Shown here piece after piece: positions 44,753-55,336 of a DNA stretch of 64,000 nt. Position 1 is the first letter of the stretch; each line of letters starts with the position of its first letter. The stretch comes from Candidatus Magasanikiibacteriota bacterium (GTDB lineage Bacteria; Patescibacteriota; Patescibacteriia; Magasanikbacterales; GWA2-37-8): the NCBI GenBank assembly GCA_041665405.1, contig JBAYIZ010000006.1, positions 407 to 64,406 on the forward strand. The letters are read 5' to 3'. A program made the position numbers and the translations under genes. The notes under the pieces were generated by a model. The model did not search any database. It was not told where the DNA came from and saw only the letters and a list, made by a program, of their open reading frames with translations.

Positions 44753-46747
44753 TTATTTTAGTAATAACCCTACAATTAACAGTGCTACGATATTAGCCAC
44801 CTTTATCATCGGATTGATAGATGGACCAGCAGTGTCTTTATATGGATCACCAACAGTGTCACCAGTGACAGCGGCTTGATGTGCAAAAGAACCCTTGCCA
44901 CCATAATTTCCAAGTTCAATATATTTTTTTGCATTATCCCAAGCGGCACCACCAGTAGTCATAGAAATAGCTACGAAAATACCAGTGACAATTGTTCCTA
45001 CCAACAAACCACCCAACGCTTCGATACCCAAGAAGTAACCAACCAAAATTGGCACGACCACAGGAATCAAAGATGGCACAATCATTTGTCCGATAGCTCC
45101 TTTGGTAACAATATCTACAGCTTTGCCGTAGTCTGGTTTTCCAGTGCCCTCCATAATTCCAGCGATTTCACGGAACTGACGACGAACTTCTTCAACTACT
45201 TGTCCGGCAACTTTACCAACAGATTCCATCAACATAGCACCAAACAAATATGGCAACAAACCACCAATAAATAATCCAACTAAAACTTTTGGATCATTAA
45301 TTAAAAATTGATATGAATCAGGAAGCTTGTGAGTGAAGTCAGCAAACAAAACTAGTGAAGCCAAACCAGCAGAGGCAATCGCATATCCTTTGGTCACAGC
45401 TTTGGTAGTATTACCAACTGCGTCTAGAGGATCAGTAACATTGCGTACGTCTTGAGACAGCTCAGCCATCTCTGCGATACCACCAGCATTATCAGTGATA
45501 GGTCCAAAAGCATCAATAGTAACGATAATACCAGCCAAAGACAACATACTAACTGCGGCCACAGCCACGCCGTACAAACCAGCTAAATAGTGAGAACCCA
45601 TCATGGCGGCCATAATCAAAAGTACTGGCAAAGCAGTGGACTTCATGGAAACAGCCAAACCAGCAATCACATTGGTACCATGACCAGTAGTACTAGCTTT
45701 GGCAATATGTTGAACTGGAGAATATTTTGTTGAAGTATAATAATCTGTCAAAGCTACCATCAAAGCAGTGAGTACCAAACCGATAATAGCACAATAAAAA
45801 ATGTTCATTACACTATATCCAACCAAACCACTCATCAACCATTTTGTAGCTGGATAAAAACCAATCAAAGCAATTACGCCAGCGGCAATTAATCCCTTGT
45901 ACAATGCTTTCATTACATTTTTGTCTTCACCTAATCGGATGAAGAATGTTCCTAATATAGAAGCGACGATAGAAATACCACCAAGCACAATTGGATAAAC
46001 TGCAACTTTATCATTGCTTGGGAAAAGTAATCCGCCCAAAATCATTGCGGCGATAGTAGTGATAGCATAAGTTTCAAAAAGATCGGCGGCCATACCAGCA
46101 CAGTCACCAACATTGTCCCCGACGTTGTCGGCAATCACAGCTGGATTGCGTGGATCATCTTCTGGAATTCCTTTTTCTACTTTGCCAACCAAGTCTGCAC
46201 CCACATCAGCGGCTTTGGTAAAGATACCACCACCGATACGAGCAAAAATTGAAATTAAACTTCCGCCAAAACCTAAACCAATCAAAGCGGACAAATCATG
46301 TGTTAAATAATAAAAACCAGAAACACCGAGTAGCCCCAAACCAGAAACTAACAAGCCAGTAACCGAACCACCTTTTACAGCCACATCAAGCGCTGGTTTG
46401 AAACCTTTTTTTGCGGCCTCAGCAGTACGCACGTTGGCTTTGACCGAAACCAACATACCAATAGTACCTGCCAAGCCAGAAAATACTGCACCCACTACGA
46501 AACCAAAAGCAGTAATCCAATCGATAGATAGTCCTAATAAAATAAAAACGATTACAGCGACATAAGCGATTGTCTTGTATTGTCGAGAAAGATAAGCTTT
46601 GGCACCATCTTGGATGGCACGAGCGATTGCCTGCATGCGATCATCGCCAGCTGGCTGTTTGAGAACCCAACGAATAAGCACACCGCCGTAAATGATGGCG
46701 ATAAGTGCTGGTAAAATTCCGCCTAACACTATAATCATAAGTGTCAA
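44753..46747 (-). CDS. hppA: membrane-bound proton/sodium-translocating pyrophosphatase
   Basis: 664 aa and polytopic. Signature motifs GGG(I/L)(F/Y)[24 protein letters not shown] and AAWDNAKK are present. Confidence 0.95.
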   Translation of the reverse strand: MTLMIIVLGGILPALIAIIYGGVLIRWVLKQPAGDDRMQAIARAIQDGAKAYLSRQYKTIAYVAVIVFILLGLSIDWITAFGFVVGAVFSGLAGTIGMLVSVKANVRTAEAAKKGFKPALDVAVKGGSVTGLLVSGLGLLGVSGFYYLTHDLSALIGLGFGGSLISIFARIGGGIFTKAADVGADLVGKVEKGIPEDDPRNPAVIADNVGDNVGDCAGMAADLFETYAITTIAAMILGGLLFPSNDKVAVYPIVLGGISIVASILGTFFIRLGEDKNVMKALYKGLIAAGVIALIGFYPATKWLMSGLVGYSVMNIFYCAIIGLVLTALMVALTDYYTSTKYSPVQHIAKASTTGHGTNVIAGLAVSMKSTALPVLLIMAAMMGSHYLAGLYGVAVAAVSMLSLAGIIVTIDAFGPITDNAGGIAEMAELSQDVRNVTDPLDAVGNTTKAVTKGYAIASAGLASLVLFADFTHKLPDSYQFLINDPKVLVGLFIGGLLPYLFGAMLMESVGKVAGQVVEEVRRQFREIAGIMEGTGKPDYGKAVDIVTKGAIGQMIVPSLIPVVVPILVGYFLGIEALGGLLVGTIVTGIFVAISMTTGGAAWDNAKKYIELGNYGGKGSFAHQAAVTGDTVGDPYKDTAGPSINPMIKVANIVALLIVGLLLK

Positions 46748-46843
46748 AGTTAAGATTTAAAAATTAAATTAAGAAGCAACGATGATTGGCTACAAGGTTG
46801 CCTCAGCCGATATCTTATGATAAAATAGCCCAATCGTCAAGGT

Positions 46844-48190
46844 ATGAAATATAACCTTTTATTAAAAATTTTGCGCTTTTTAGTGCATATTAAGCGATTC
46901 TCCTGGTGGATAGGTTCCGGCCTGTTTTTTGTGTCATCCGAGTTTATTGGGAAAACTTACCGGTTTTTTGCTTATTTTGGATTTAAAATCAATTTCTATT
47001 TAAAAAAAATAGGAATCGGTGGTGAGGCGGGATTGATAGCTCGCGACATTATTCAGCCCATAATTTTTATTTTATTGTTTATAGTAGCTATCCCACAAAC
47101 CAAACTTTTTACCCAAAAGAACGTTTTTTTGCCAGGCCAAAAAACACTAGCATTTAATTTGTTTGGTGGAACAGAAGAATATGAATTCGAGGAAGTGTCT
47201 GCCGAAGCCCCCCAGAGCAACATTACCCCTACTTACAATTGGAGAGCAGGTATAATTAGTGCAGATAATATTTCGAACCAATCCGAGCCAATAATTTTTG
47301 ATCAGGATTTGGCGGGGACATATGCTGGCGGTATGGCAATAAACAAACCACATATCATGACCGGAAGTATCACAACTGGTGGTTCTGGTAGAAAACAGAC
47401 GGTGGATTATGTGGTAGTGGCCGGCGATTCTCTCAGTGGTATTGCTAGTCGGTTTGGAGTGAACGTTGCCACTATTTTATGGGAAAATGGTCTGACATCA
47501 AAGGCTACATTAAAATTGGGACAAAAAATTAGTATTCCTCCTGCTAGTGGCGTGATGCATGTGGTGAAAAAGGGAGATACGCTTTTGAGAATTGCGAAAG
47601 TATACGGTGCCAAAGTTGAAGACATTGTTCAATTTAATAATTTGGATGAAGGCGGAAAAGATTTGCGTATTGGAGAAAAAATAATGGTGCCAGGTGGTGT
47701 GAAGGCAGAAGCAAAAGTGGCAGTGACGACGGTGAAGAATGGGAAAACTTATGTGACCGAACAAACAAGTTATAGTGCGGTGATTCGTCCGCCGGCTTCT
47801 TCACGTTCGGCTAGTGCGTCTGGTTTTGTGTGGCCGTCTGGAGTGAAAACTATTACTCAGTATTTTGGTTGGAAACACAATGGCCTAGATATTGCCGGTC
47901 CTTTTGAAACACCAAACTATGCCGCCAAAGCGGGCACGGTAGAATTTGCACAGTGTGGATGGAATCGCGGCTATGGTTGTTATGTGCAGATTAATCATGG
48001 CAATGGCGTGAAGACTTTGTATGGACACCACTCTCGTTTGTTAGTGTCGGCAGGTGAATATGTTGAGGCTGGACAGGTGATTGGTTTGATGGGCAATACT
48101 GGAAATGTACGCGGACGCACGGGTATTCATTTGCATTTTGAGGTGCAGGTGAATGGTGTGAGAGTGAATCCACTGGGGTATGTGAGATAG
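46844..48190 (+). CDS. LysM-domain M23 peptidoglycan metalloendopeptidase
   Basis: Two LysM repeats (YVVVAGDSLSGIA, HVVKKGDTLLRIA). M23 motifs HNGLDIA and GNTGNVRGRTGIHLHFEV. Confidence 0.9.
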   Translation: MKYNLLLKILRFLVHIKRFSWWIGSGLFFVSSEFIGKTYRFFAYFGFKINFYLKKIGIGGEAGLIARDIIQPIIFILLFIVAIPQTKLFTQKNVFLPGQKTLAFNLFGGTEEYEFEEVSAEAPQSNITPTYNWRAGIISADNISNQSEPIIFDQDLAGTYAGGMAINKPHIMTGSITTGGSGRKQTVDYVVVAGDSLSGIASRFGVNVATILWENGLTSKATLKLGQKISIPPASGVMHVVKKGDTLLRIAKVYGAKVEDIVQFNNLDEGGKDLRIGEKIMVPGGVKAEAKVAVTTVKNGKTYVTEQTSYSAVIRPPASSRSASASGFVWPSGVKTITQYFGWKHNGLDIAGPFETPNYAAKAGTVEFAQCGWNRGYGCYVQINHGNGVKTLYGHHSRLLVSAGEYVEAGQVIGLMGNTGNVRGRTGIHLHFEVQVNGVRVNPLGYVR

Positions 48191-48241
48191 TAAAAACTTT
48201 GACTTTTTATTTAAAAGTGGTATTATTTGAATACAAAATTT

Positions 48242-48312
48242 GGTACCGTTGCCAAGCAGTAAGGCAGAGCTCTGCAAAAGCTCTATGCGTGGGTGCAATT
48301 CCCACCGGTACC
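48242..48312 (+). tRNA. tRNA-Cys (anticodon GCA)
   Basis: Acceptor stem GGTACCG/CGGTACC, anticodon stem GAGCT/AGCTC with loop CU-GCA-AA, T-arm GTGGG-TGCAATT-CCCAC. A TTGACT-16-TATTAT promoter lies upstream. Confidence 0.85.
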
Positions 48313-48339
48313 TCGAAATAGCAGTAGTGCTGTAGAACA

Positions 48340-48437
48340 AACATCCCAGACAATGACTTTTTCGCTTTTTTCGACCGCGAGGTCGAAAGGATGAGCCTCG
48401 GCTCATAACCCGCTCAAAAGTAATTGTCTGGGATGTT
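48340..48437 (+). ncRNA. candidate structured RNA / terminator-embedded repeat, copy 3
   Basis: A 15-bp perfect outer stem (AACATCCCAGACAAT/ATTGTCTGGGATGTT) is followed by a T7 run. It encloses the core TTTTTCGCTTTTTTCGACCGCGAGGTCGAAAGGATGAGCCTCGGCTCATAACCCGCTCAAAAG. Confidence 0.55.
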
Positions 48438-48453
48438 TTTTTGTACCATAAAA

Positions 48454-48482
48454 TTGACTTTGTGTTTTTTATCAAGTAAAAT
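48454..48482 (+). promoter_or_regulatory. sigma70-type promoter reading into G+C-rich islet 4
   Basis: TTGACT-17 nt-TAAAAT. The composition switches to G+C-rich about 6 nt downstream. Confidence 0.6.
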
Positions 48483-48576
48483 ATTTTTGTGTCCCAAACG
48501 ACCGACGGTTCGCCGTTCGGTCACAACGACCACTTGCACCGCTCATCGGTGGTGGTCTCGAAAAGGAGAGAGAGCC

Positions 48577-48798
48577 ATGCGTGTGCTTCCCTCGATCCTG
48601 AACCAGAGCCGGAGACGGAGCGACAATTCCGCCGATTGCGGGCAGGTCGCGAGCTCCGAGGCCGACTTCATCCACAGGCAACTGCTCGAGCATGGCTTCT
48701 GCTCGGACATGAAGGAGGGCGCCGTCGGCACCGCCAACATGGTCGGCATCGTCTGTTCGACCGCGGCCGGCCGCGGAGCAGTAGTCCTCCTGGTGTAG
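48577..48798 (+). CDS. 73-aa protein of unknown function encoded in G+C-rich islet 4
   Basis: AAGGAG sits 8 nt before the ATG. By my codon-by-codon read, G/C at codon position 3 is very high in this frame only. Sequence: MRVLPSILNQSRRRSDNSADCGQVASSEADFIHRQLLEHGFCSDMKEGAVGTANMVGIVCSTAAGRGAVVLLV. Confidence 0.55.
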   Translation: MRVLPSILNQSRRRSDNSADCGQVASSEADFIHRQLLEHGFCSDMKEGAVGTANMVGIVCSTAAGRGAVVLLV

Positions 48799-48827
48799 GG
48801 CTCAGCTTCGTACGAGACAACCAGTGC

Positions 48828-48881
48828 GGCCGGACCGGGAGCTCCTTCGGGGGTTTCTGGTCCGGCCGTCGTTTCCTTTTT
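48828..48881 (+). terminator. GC-rich hairpin terminator after the islet 4 ORF
   Basis: GGCCGGACC...GGTCCGGCC (9 bp), followed by gtcgTTTCCTTTTTATT. Confidence 0.55.
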
Positions 48882-48962
48882 ATTATATTTAATACTCAAA
48901 GCGGGTATTTTTTTATTGCTCAAAAAAGGGTTTGCGTGTAAAATAAGAACGAATAATATTTT

Positions 48963-51638
48963 ATGTCAAAATTTGTAATTATTGATGGGAACGCTATTGT
49001 GCATCGTGCTTATCACGCTTTGCCTCCGATGAACACCAAAGACGGGGTGATGGTGAATGCGGTGTATGGATTTACTTCCATGTTGCTCAAGGTTTGGAAA
49101 GATTTGAGGCCCACGCATTTGTGTGTGAGTTTTGATGTGGCCGGTGGGACTTTTCGTCATGAGAAATTTGAGCAATACAAAGGTACGCGCGTGAAGGCGG
49201 ATCAGGAATTGTATGATCAGATGCCTTTGGTGCATGAAGTGGTGGAGGCGTTTAGTATTCCGATTTATGAAATGAAAGGGTATGAGGCGGATGATGTGAT
49301 TGGAACTGTGGTGCGTAGGATTGAAAACGAAGTGGACGAGGTGTATATTGTGACGGGTGATATGGACACCCTGCAATTGGTGGATGAAAAAATAAAAGTT
49401 TATACTTTGCGCAAAGGCATGAGCGATATTGTGATATATAATCCAGAAGAAGTAAAAAAGCGTTTTGGTTTTGGACCGGAATTGGTAATAGATTACAAAG
49501 CTTTGCGCGGAGATCCTTCGGATAATATTCCGGGGGTGCCTGGAATTGGTGAAAAAACAGCGACGGATTTGATTTTGAAATTTGGTGATTTGAAAGAAAT
49601 ATATAAAGTGGTAAACGCAGAAAAAGATAAAAAGAAAAGTGATTTATTTAGTTCGTCGGTTTTGAATAAATTATCGCAGGGTGAAAAAAGTGCACAGATG
49701 AGTTATGAATTGGCGACGATAGATTGTGCCGTACCGGGTTTGAATTTTAGTTTGGAAAATTGTGCGATGAGTGAATTTGATCATGATAAAATTTTGAAAT
49801 TATTTCAGAAATTTGAGTTTGTGTCTTTGATGAAACGGATTCCTGGGTTTGATAAGTATGATGTGGTGGAACCAGAAAAAACTACGACAGTAAAAAGCAA
49901 GAAAATGGCTGAATTAAATTTTAAAGAACTAGGGAATAAAAGCGAGGCAAAAGAATTGGTGGAGAAAATAAAAAAGAACGGGCAGTTTGCCTGTCGGGCG
50001 GCGATGAGTGGGAAAGATGTTTTGACCAGTGACTTTTTTGGGTTGGTGGTGATTGTGGAAAGTGAAGGGTATTTTGTTAAAAATAATTTGGTGGAAGAAT
50101 TTTTGCCGATTTTTGACGATGAAAAAATTGAATTGGTGGGGCATGATTTGAAACAATTGGTGAAGGTTTTATTATTGCAAAAACAGGAAATAAAAAACTC
50201 TTTGTTTGATGTAATGGTGGGGTCGTATCTGCTCAACCCAGGCAGTCGTGCTCATGATAGTGCCAGTGTGGTGTTGAAAATATTGGATAAAGAATTAAAG
50301 GTGGGTAGTGGGCAAGAAAGTTTATTCGGGGTAGATGCAAAAGCGTTGGCGGCGGAGTTATATTTAATATTACAAACTGTTGAAAAAATTAAAACTGAAT
50401 TGAACAAGACAGATAATTTGGGTTTGTTACAAAAAATAGAAATGCCGTTACTTTTGGTGTTGGCACAGATGGAATTAAATGGGATTGCGGTGGATTTGGA
50501 GATGCTCCAAAAATTATCGGTAGAAGTAAATGATAGTATTAAAAAAGTTTCCAAAAAGATTTTTGATTTAGCCGGAATGGAATTTAATATTTCTTCACCG
50601 TTGCAATTGAGGGAAGTATTATTTGAAAAACTGGATATTCCTGTCGAGGGAATAAAAAAAGGCAAGACCGGTTTATCTACTTCGGCTGAACAATTGGAAA
50701 AAATGCACGGGCTACATCCGATTATTAAAGAAATTGAAATTTATCGTGAGTTGGCTAAATTGCAAAATACTTATGTGGACGTATTACCGACTTTGATTAA
50801 TAAAAAAACAGGACGAATTCACACCACCTTTAATCAGGCGGTGACGGCCACCGGCAGGCTGTCTAGTTCTGAACCGAATTTACAGAACATTCCAATTCGT
50901 ACCGAGATCGGTCGTGAAGTGCGCAAGGCGTTTGTGTCTGAAAAGGGTAACGTGTTGATTAGTGCAGATTACTCACAGATTGAATTGCGAATTGTGGCTT
51001 CGATGGCGCAAGACAAACGGATGATGGAAATTTTTGAAAAAGATTTAGATATTCATAGAGCCACAGCGGCGGCGATCAATGGAGTTCCGCTAGAAGAAGT
51101 CACCAAAGAAATGCGTCGCGCGGCCAAAGAAATTAATTTTGGTGTGTTGTATGGTATGGGAACATACGGTCTAAGTTGGCGCGCGGAAATTTCTCATGCT
51201 CAGGCGAAAGAATTTATCCAAAAATATTTTGAACAATTTAGCGGGGTAAAGCAGTATATAGATCAGACATTGGAATTCACTAAGACAGAAGGATATTGTG
51301 AAACGCTATTTGGGCGCCGAAGATATTTGCCAGAATTGAGATCACAAAATTTTCAGATGCGCAGTGCGGCCGAACGCATGGCGATTAACCACCCTATCCA
51401 AGGCACAGCTGCCGATCTGATCAAGATGGCGATGATTGAAGTGGGAAAAAAATTGAAAGAATATCCAGAGGTAAGAATGCTTTTGCAAGTACACGACGAA
51501 TTGGTGTTAGAAGTGAAAAAAGGTGAAGAAGAAAAGATCGGCAAGATTCTCAAAGAGACGATGGAAAATGTGGTGAAGCTGAGGGTGCCGGTAAAGGTAG
51601 AGGTGAACATCGGACATAGTTGGGGGGAGATGAAATAA
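48963..51638 (+). CDS. polA: DNA polymerase I
   Basis: 5'-nuclease domain, central domain, and family A polymerase motifs (DYSQIELR, RRAAKEINFGVLYG, QVHDELV). Confidence 0.95.
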   Translation: MSKFVIIDGNAIVHRAYHALPPMNTKDGVMVNAVYGFTSMLLKVWKDLRPTHLCVSFDVAGGTFRHEKFEQYKGTRVKADQELYDQMPLVHEVVEAFSIPIYEMKGYEADDVIGTVVRRIENEVDEVYIVTGDMDTLQLVDEKIKVYTLRKGMSDIVIYNPEEVKKRFGFGPELVIDYKALRGDPSDNIPGVPGIGEKTATDLILKFGDLKEIYKVVNAEKDKKKSDLFSSSVLNKLSQGEKSAQMSYELATIDCAVPGLNFSLENCAMSEFDHDKILKLFQKFEFVSLMKRIPGFDKYDVVEPEKTTTVKSKKMAELNFKELGNKSEAKELVEKIKKNGQFACRAAMSGKDVLTSDFFGLVVIVESEGYFVKNNLVEEFLPIFDDEKIELVGHDLKQLVKVLLLQKQEIKNSLFDVMVGSYLLNPGSRAHDSASVVLKILDKELKVGSGQESLFGVDAKALAAELYLILQTVEKIKTELNKTDNLGLLQKIEMPLLLVLAQMELNGIAVDLEMLQKLSVEVNDSIKKVSKKIFDLAGMEFNISSPLQLREVLFEKLDIPVEGIKKGKTGLSTSAEQLEKMHGLHPIIKEIEIYRELAKLQNTYVDVLPTLINKKTGRIHTTFNQAVTATGRLSSSEPNLQNIPIRTEIGREVRKAFVSEKGNVLISADYSQIELRIVASMAQDKRMMEIFEKDLDIHRATAAAINGVPLEEVTKEMRRAAKEINFGVLYGMGTYGLSWRAEISHAQAKEFIQKYFEQFSGVKQYIDQTLEFTKTEGYCETLFGRRRYLPELRSQNFQMRSAAERMAINHPIQGTAADLIKMAMIEVGKKLKEYPEVRMLLQVHDELVLEVKKGEEEKIGKILKETMENVVKLRVPVKVEVNIGHSWGEMK

Positions 51639-51683
51639 AATTAAAAAAATCGACCACACAAAGTAGTCGGTTTTTTTGTTTGT

Positions 51684-53282
51684 TTATTTTTTTATACTTC
51701 TCAACATTATTCTTTTAAAATCTTGCGCAATTTCATAACGCAAGCCTTTTCTATTTAAGTTAACCTTGTTTCTAAGAGTTTCTAAGTATGTTTTATGTTC
51801 TGAACTTGTTAAGTATTCTCGCATGATTTCATCCCTTAATTTTGCCCAATCCTCAGAGTTTTTAAGCCATTGTTTTTCTAGAGGGACACCTAATGTTTTG
51901 TACATTTTTGCTGGATCCATTACGCTATGCATAGTATCATGTTTTCTAAAAAGTTTTGGATTCTCTCGGGCGTTTTTTTCTTTTTCAAACATGTTACTAT
52001 ACATACCAAAATCGATAGTTCCAACGATAGGTGTCCAAATATTTATACGGTAGTTGGTTTGAGGATTTTTTTTCATAAATGTAAGCATGGTCTTCTTTAT
52101 TTCATCTTTTGTATATCGAAAATGTTCGGGTAACCCTAAGATTAGCAAGGTTCTCACCATGAGAAATTTTTTTGCAGAATTAATAAACTCTGTAGCCACT
52201 TCAAGACTATCGCCTTTTGCTAAATCTTTTCTATTGCCGATAACATCTTCTACACCAACGGCAATTTCAATACAGCCAGCTTCAGCCATTTCTTTAAATT
52301 TTCTTAAACCCTCAAACTGCTTGACGCTCATAAAAGCAACCCACCCCATCTTATTTTTATGTTGCTGATTGAAGTGTTTCATAAAATTTATAAAATCTTC
52401 AAAGTGTTTCGGGTTGGCATTTAGTAAGGCATCACGTACAAAAACAAAATCCTTACCTTGTTTATAAAGTTTTTTTATTTCATTTTTGGCTGTGTCAAGA
52501 CAAGACACATATCCACCATAAAAAGAATCACTAGTGCAGAAAGTGCATTTATGAATACATCCGGCGCTAGTAGCTGTCGAACCGGCATTTTTGAAGTGTT
52601 TGTCTAATTCTAAAAAAGGCATTTTATTTATTTGAGAGCCATCGGTAGAAGCCGCTACAGGTATCAATATCTCAAGAGCATTGTTTTCTGTTAGCCGAGG
52701 AAAATTTTTACCAGTTTTTTTAGTGTTTTCAACAATACATAAATTTGTGTTTGTATCCTTTGTTGTATACGCAATTGAGCCTATTTTTTTCAAAGGAACC
52801 CCTAACGATAGAGCCAACATTGGCAATTCTCCTTGTCCGGTACAACAAATATCTATCCCAGTAATTTCTGGGTGTTGTAAAATCCATTTATAATCAAGCG
52901 CAAAATGTTCAGCCCCTCCGATTACTGTTTTTTGAGGATACTTGTTTTTTATTTTACGACACAACTCAAAGGATTCATTTATACTAGTAGACTGACTACT
53001 AATGCCAATAATTTCGGATTGTTGAATAAGATTTTCCATTGCGGACGTTTTTTGGTCTTGAAGATATGCTATGTCCACCGATATGCCAAATTTTTTTAAG
53101 TATCCAGCTATTCTTTTGATGCCGAGATTTTCTAATCTTAAATGATATTCGTCGGCTTCATATTTGGATTCGGTTATGTTGCCGTCAATAAGTAGAACCC
53201 TTTTTCTGGGTAGTTTTTTGTTGAAAGCCATTTTTTGCAGAGCATTCAATGAAATAATTTGTGTTGTTGTCGAAGTTTCCAT
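51684..53282 (-). CDS. B12-binding-domain radical SAM enzyme (class B rSAM)
   Basis: N-terminal Rossmann-like B12-binding region, then CIHKCTFC (CX3CX2C). 532 aa. Confidence 0.75.
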   Translation of the reverse strand: METSTTTQIISLNALQKMAFNKKLPRKRVLLIDGNITESKYEADEYHLRLENLGIKRIAGYLKKFGISVDIAYLQDQKTSAMENLIQQSEIIGISSQSTSINESFELCRKIKNKYPQKTVIGGAEHFALDYKWILQHPEITGIDICCTGQGELPMLALSLGVPLKKIGSIAYTTKDTNTNLCIVENTKKTGKNFPRLTENNALEILIPVAASTDGSQINKMPFLELDKHFKNAGSTATSAGCIHKCTFCTSDSFYGGYVSCLDTAKNEIKKLYKQGKDFVFVRDALLNANPKHFEDFINFMKHFNQQHKNKMGWVAFMSVKQFEGLRKFKEMAEAGCIEIAVGVEDVIGNRKDLAKGDSLEVATEFINSAKKFLMVRTLLILGLPEHFRYTKDEIKKTMLTFMKKNPQTNYRINIWTPIVGTIDFGMYSNMFEKEKNARENPKLFRKHDTMHSVMDPAKMYKTLGVPLEKQWLKNSEDWAKLRDEIMREYLTSSEHKTYLETLRNKVNLNRKGLRYEIAQDFKRIMLRSIKK

Positions 53283-53288
53283 AGTATT

Positions 53289-53978
53289 TTATTTTTTACA
53301 CACAATCAAAGCGGTGTTGGTGCGCAAGAATTTGAGTTCGACTTTGAATCCGACATTCTTTAACCATTTAATCTGATCTTCAATTGGAGCAAGATCGTTT
53401 AAGAACATGTGGTGGTATGCCCACTCGGTCAAAGTTTTTTTGTCTGTCGCATTTTCCACCAAGTGATGAAAGTGCAAAGCGTTATTAAGCGCGGCGGTAT
53501 GTTTGTCTTGGTAAGTCACCAAATCTCCAAAAATAAATACGCCGCCTGATTTAAGCAAAGAATATATTTTTTTGAATAATTTCTTTTTACCGGCTGTGTT
53601 TTGGTGATGAATGCCGATTACTGAAACTATTAAATCATATTTAATATCAAATTTAATTTTGGAGTAATCACCATAAACATATTTTACATTTTTGCCAAGT
53701 TTTTTCTTGGCACTGTTTATCATTTGTCTGGAGAAATCCACCACCGTTAGTTTGCTATTTGGTAGAACATCTTTTATTAATTTGCTAGTAAGACCAGTAC
53801 CAACTCCAAGATCCAACATTTTAATATTTTTGTTCACAAAAGCTTTTTTTGCGTAATTCAAAATATTATAATGAATTTCTAAGTGGTGCGGAATGGAATT
53901 TACAATATCTCGGTCATATTTGTTTAATGAATAATGGTCGTAATTCAACTGAGACGGTTTTACATTGGTTGTTTTCAT
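53289..53978 (-). CDS. class I SAM-dependent methyltransferase
   Basis: Motif I MLDLGVGTGLTS, followed by post-I/II acidic residues. Confidence 0.8.
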   Translation of the reverse strand: MKTTNVKPSQLNYDHYSLNKYDRDIVNSIPHHLEIHYNILNYAKKAFVNKNIKMLDLGVGTGLTSKLIKDVLPNSKLTVVDFSRQMINSAKKKLGKNVKYVYGDYSKIKFDIKYDLIVSVIGIHHQNTAGKKKLFKKIYSLLKSGGVFIFGDLVTYQDKHTAALNNALHFHHLVENATDKKTLTEWAYHHMFLNDLAPIEDQIKWLKNVGFKVELKFLRTNTALIVCKK

Positions 53979-53980
53979 AT

Positions 53981-55336
53981 TTATGAGGTTATTTTATTTA
54001 TAGCGACGATCAACCGTTCGATATCATTGTTTGTATTGCATAGAGCGATAGAGGCGCGAATTAGGGCTGGAATGGTTTTGACGTTGCCATGTTTAACTGA
54101 ATCGACAATGGCATTATCGTTCTTTATTCCTAAAAGTTTTCGTATTACGTGATAGGTACAGAAACTTCCCGCTCTTACACCGATTCCGTATTCGCTATTA
54201 AGTCTTTCGGCCACTTCGTTGGAATCCATATTTTTTATACGAAACGGTATAACGGTTCCTAATTTTTCTTTTTTAACAAACATTTCTACGTTGGGGTTTT
54301 TCTTTAGTGCATCAAACAGTTTGTTTGTTAAAGTTGATTCATACTGACAAATTTTATCTATGCCAATTTTTTTGAGTTGCTCAAGTGCAATAGCCATGGT
54401 AACCGCACCGATAGCATTAGGCGTGCCTGGATCGTGTGCGAGTTGATTTCTGTATCGCAAGAACTCGCCAGTTTTTGTTATGTAAGGAAGATTACCGCCA
54501 CCAATTTGATAAGGTAAAAAAGAATCAAGAAAGTTTTTTGGTCCGATTAAGAAACCTCCGCCATATGGGGCGTAAAACTTATGACCAGAAGCGGCCAAAA
54601 AATCTATTCCCATTTCTTTCATATCCAATTTGTGATGTTGTAAAAATTGGCAGGCGTCAACCAGAAAATATGCGCCATATCGGTGAGCAAGCATTCCAAT
54701 TTTTTTAATATCAGGACAATATCCCGTAACATTTGAAGAAGCAGTAAGAACTAATACTTTGATATGATTTTTTTTGAGTAAATTTTCTATTATGTCTAAA
54801 TCAAATTCAAAATTTTCATTAACATCATATTGTAATACTTGGCGACGTCCTAAGTATTGAATTTGTTCGTTGACGCTATCCATTTCTCCAAAAGTATTTT
54901 GTTGTCCACCCAAAGCTTTGATACCTTCAGATTTTATCCAAGGCAACCAAGATGAACTATGCTCAATAGACGACACAGCGATTTTTCCTTTTAGGAAAGA
55001 AAAAAAGTGGGCGGCTGTATTGATTGCCCCAGTAGTATTATTGGTAAACAAAACATATGAATCAGACGGAGCATTAACAAAGGATTTGATTATCTCGCGA
55101 CTGTTTTCATATACATCGGTGGAGATTTTTGATTTTTTCCCCGCGCCACGATGTACCGATCCGTAGCTAGTTATGTATTTTGATAGTCCGCGTTCGACTG
55201 TTTTAAGGGGAGGAGTGGTGGCAGCATTGTCCAAGTTCACATAATCAACTTTTCCTAAAATTGAGGTTGTGACTGCGTATTTTAGGATTTTGGTTGAAAA
55301 CAGTTTGGTAGGGTCAATTTGGCTTGGTTTGTTCAT
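53981..55336 (-). CDS. class V aminotransferase / cysteine desulfurase-like PLP enzyme
   Basis: The PLP-lysine context ASGHKFYAPYGGGFLIG is present. The fold-type I pattern runs throughout. Confidence 0.8.
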   Translation of the reverse strand: MNKPSQIDPTKLFSTKILKYAVTTSILGKVDYVNLDNAATTPPLKTVERGLSKYITSYGSVHRGAGKKSKISTDVYENSREIIKSFVNAPSDSYVLFTNNTTGAINTAAHFFSFLKGKIAVSSIEHSSSWLPWIKSEGIKALGGQQNTFGEMDSVNEQIQYLGRRQVLQYDVNENFEFDLDIIENLLKKNHIKVLVLTASSNVTGYCPDIKKIGMLAHRYGAYFLVDACQFLQHHKLDMKEMGIDFLAASGHKFYAPYGGGFLIGPKNFLDSFLPYQIGGGNLPYITKTGEFLRYRNQLAHDPGTPNAIGAVTMAIALEQLKKIGIDKICQYESTLTNKLFDALKKNPNVEMFVKKEKLGTVIPFRIKNMDSNEVAERLNSEYGIGVRAGSFCTYHVIRKLLGIKNDNAIVDSVKHGNVKTIPALIRASIALCNTNNDIERLIVAINKITS

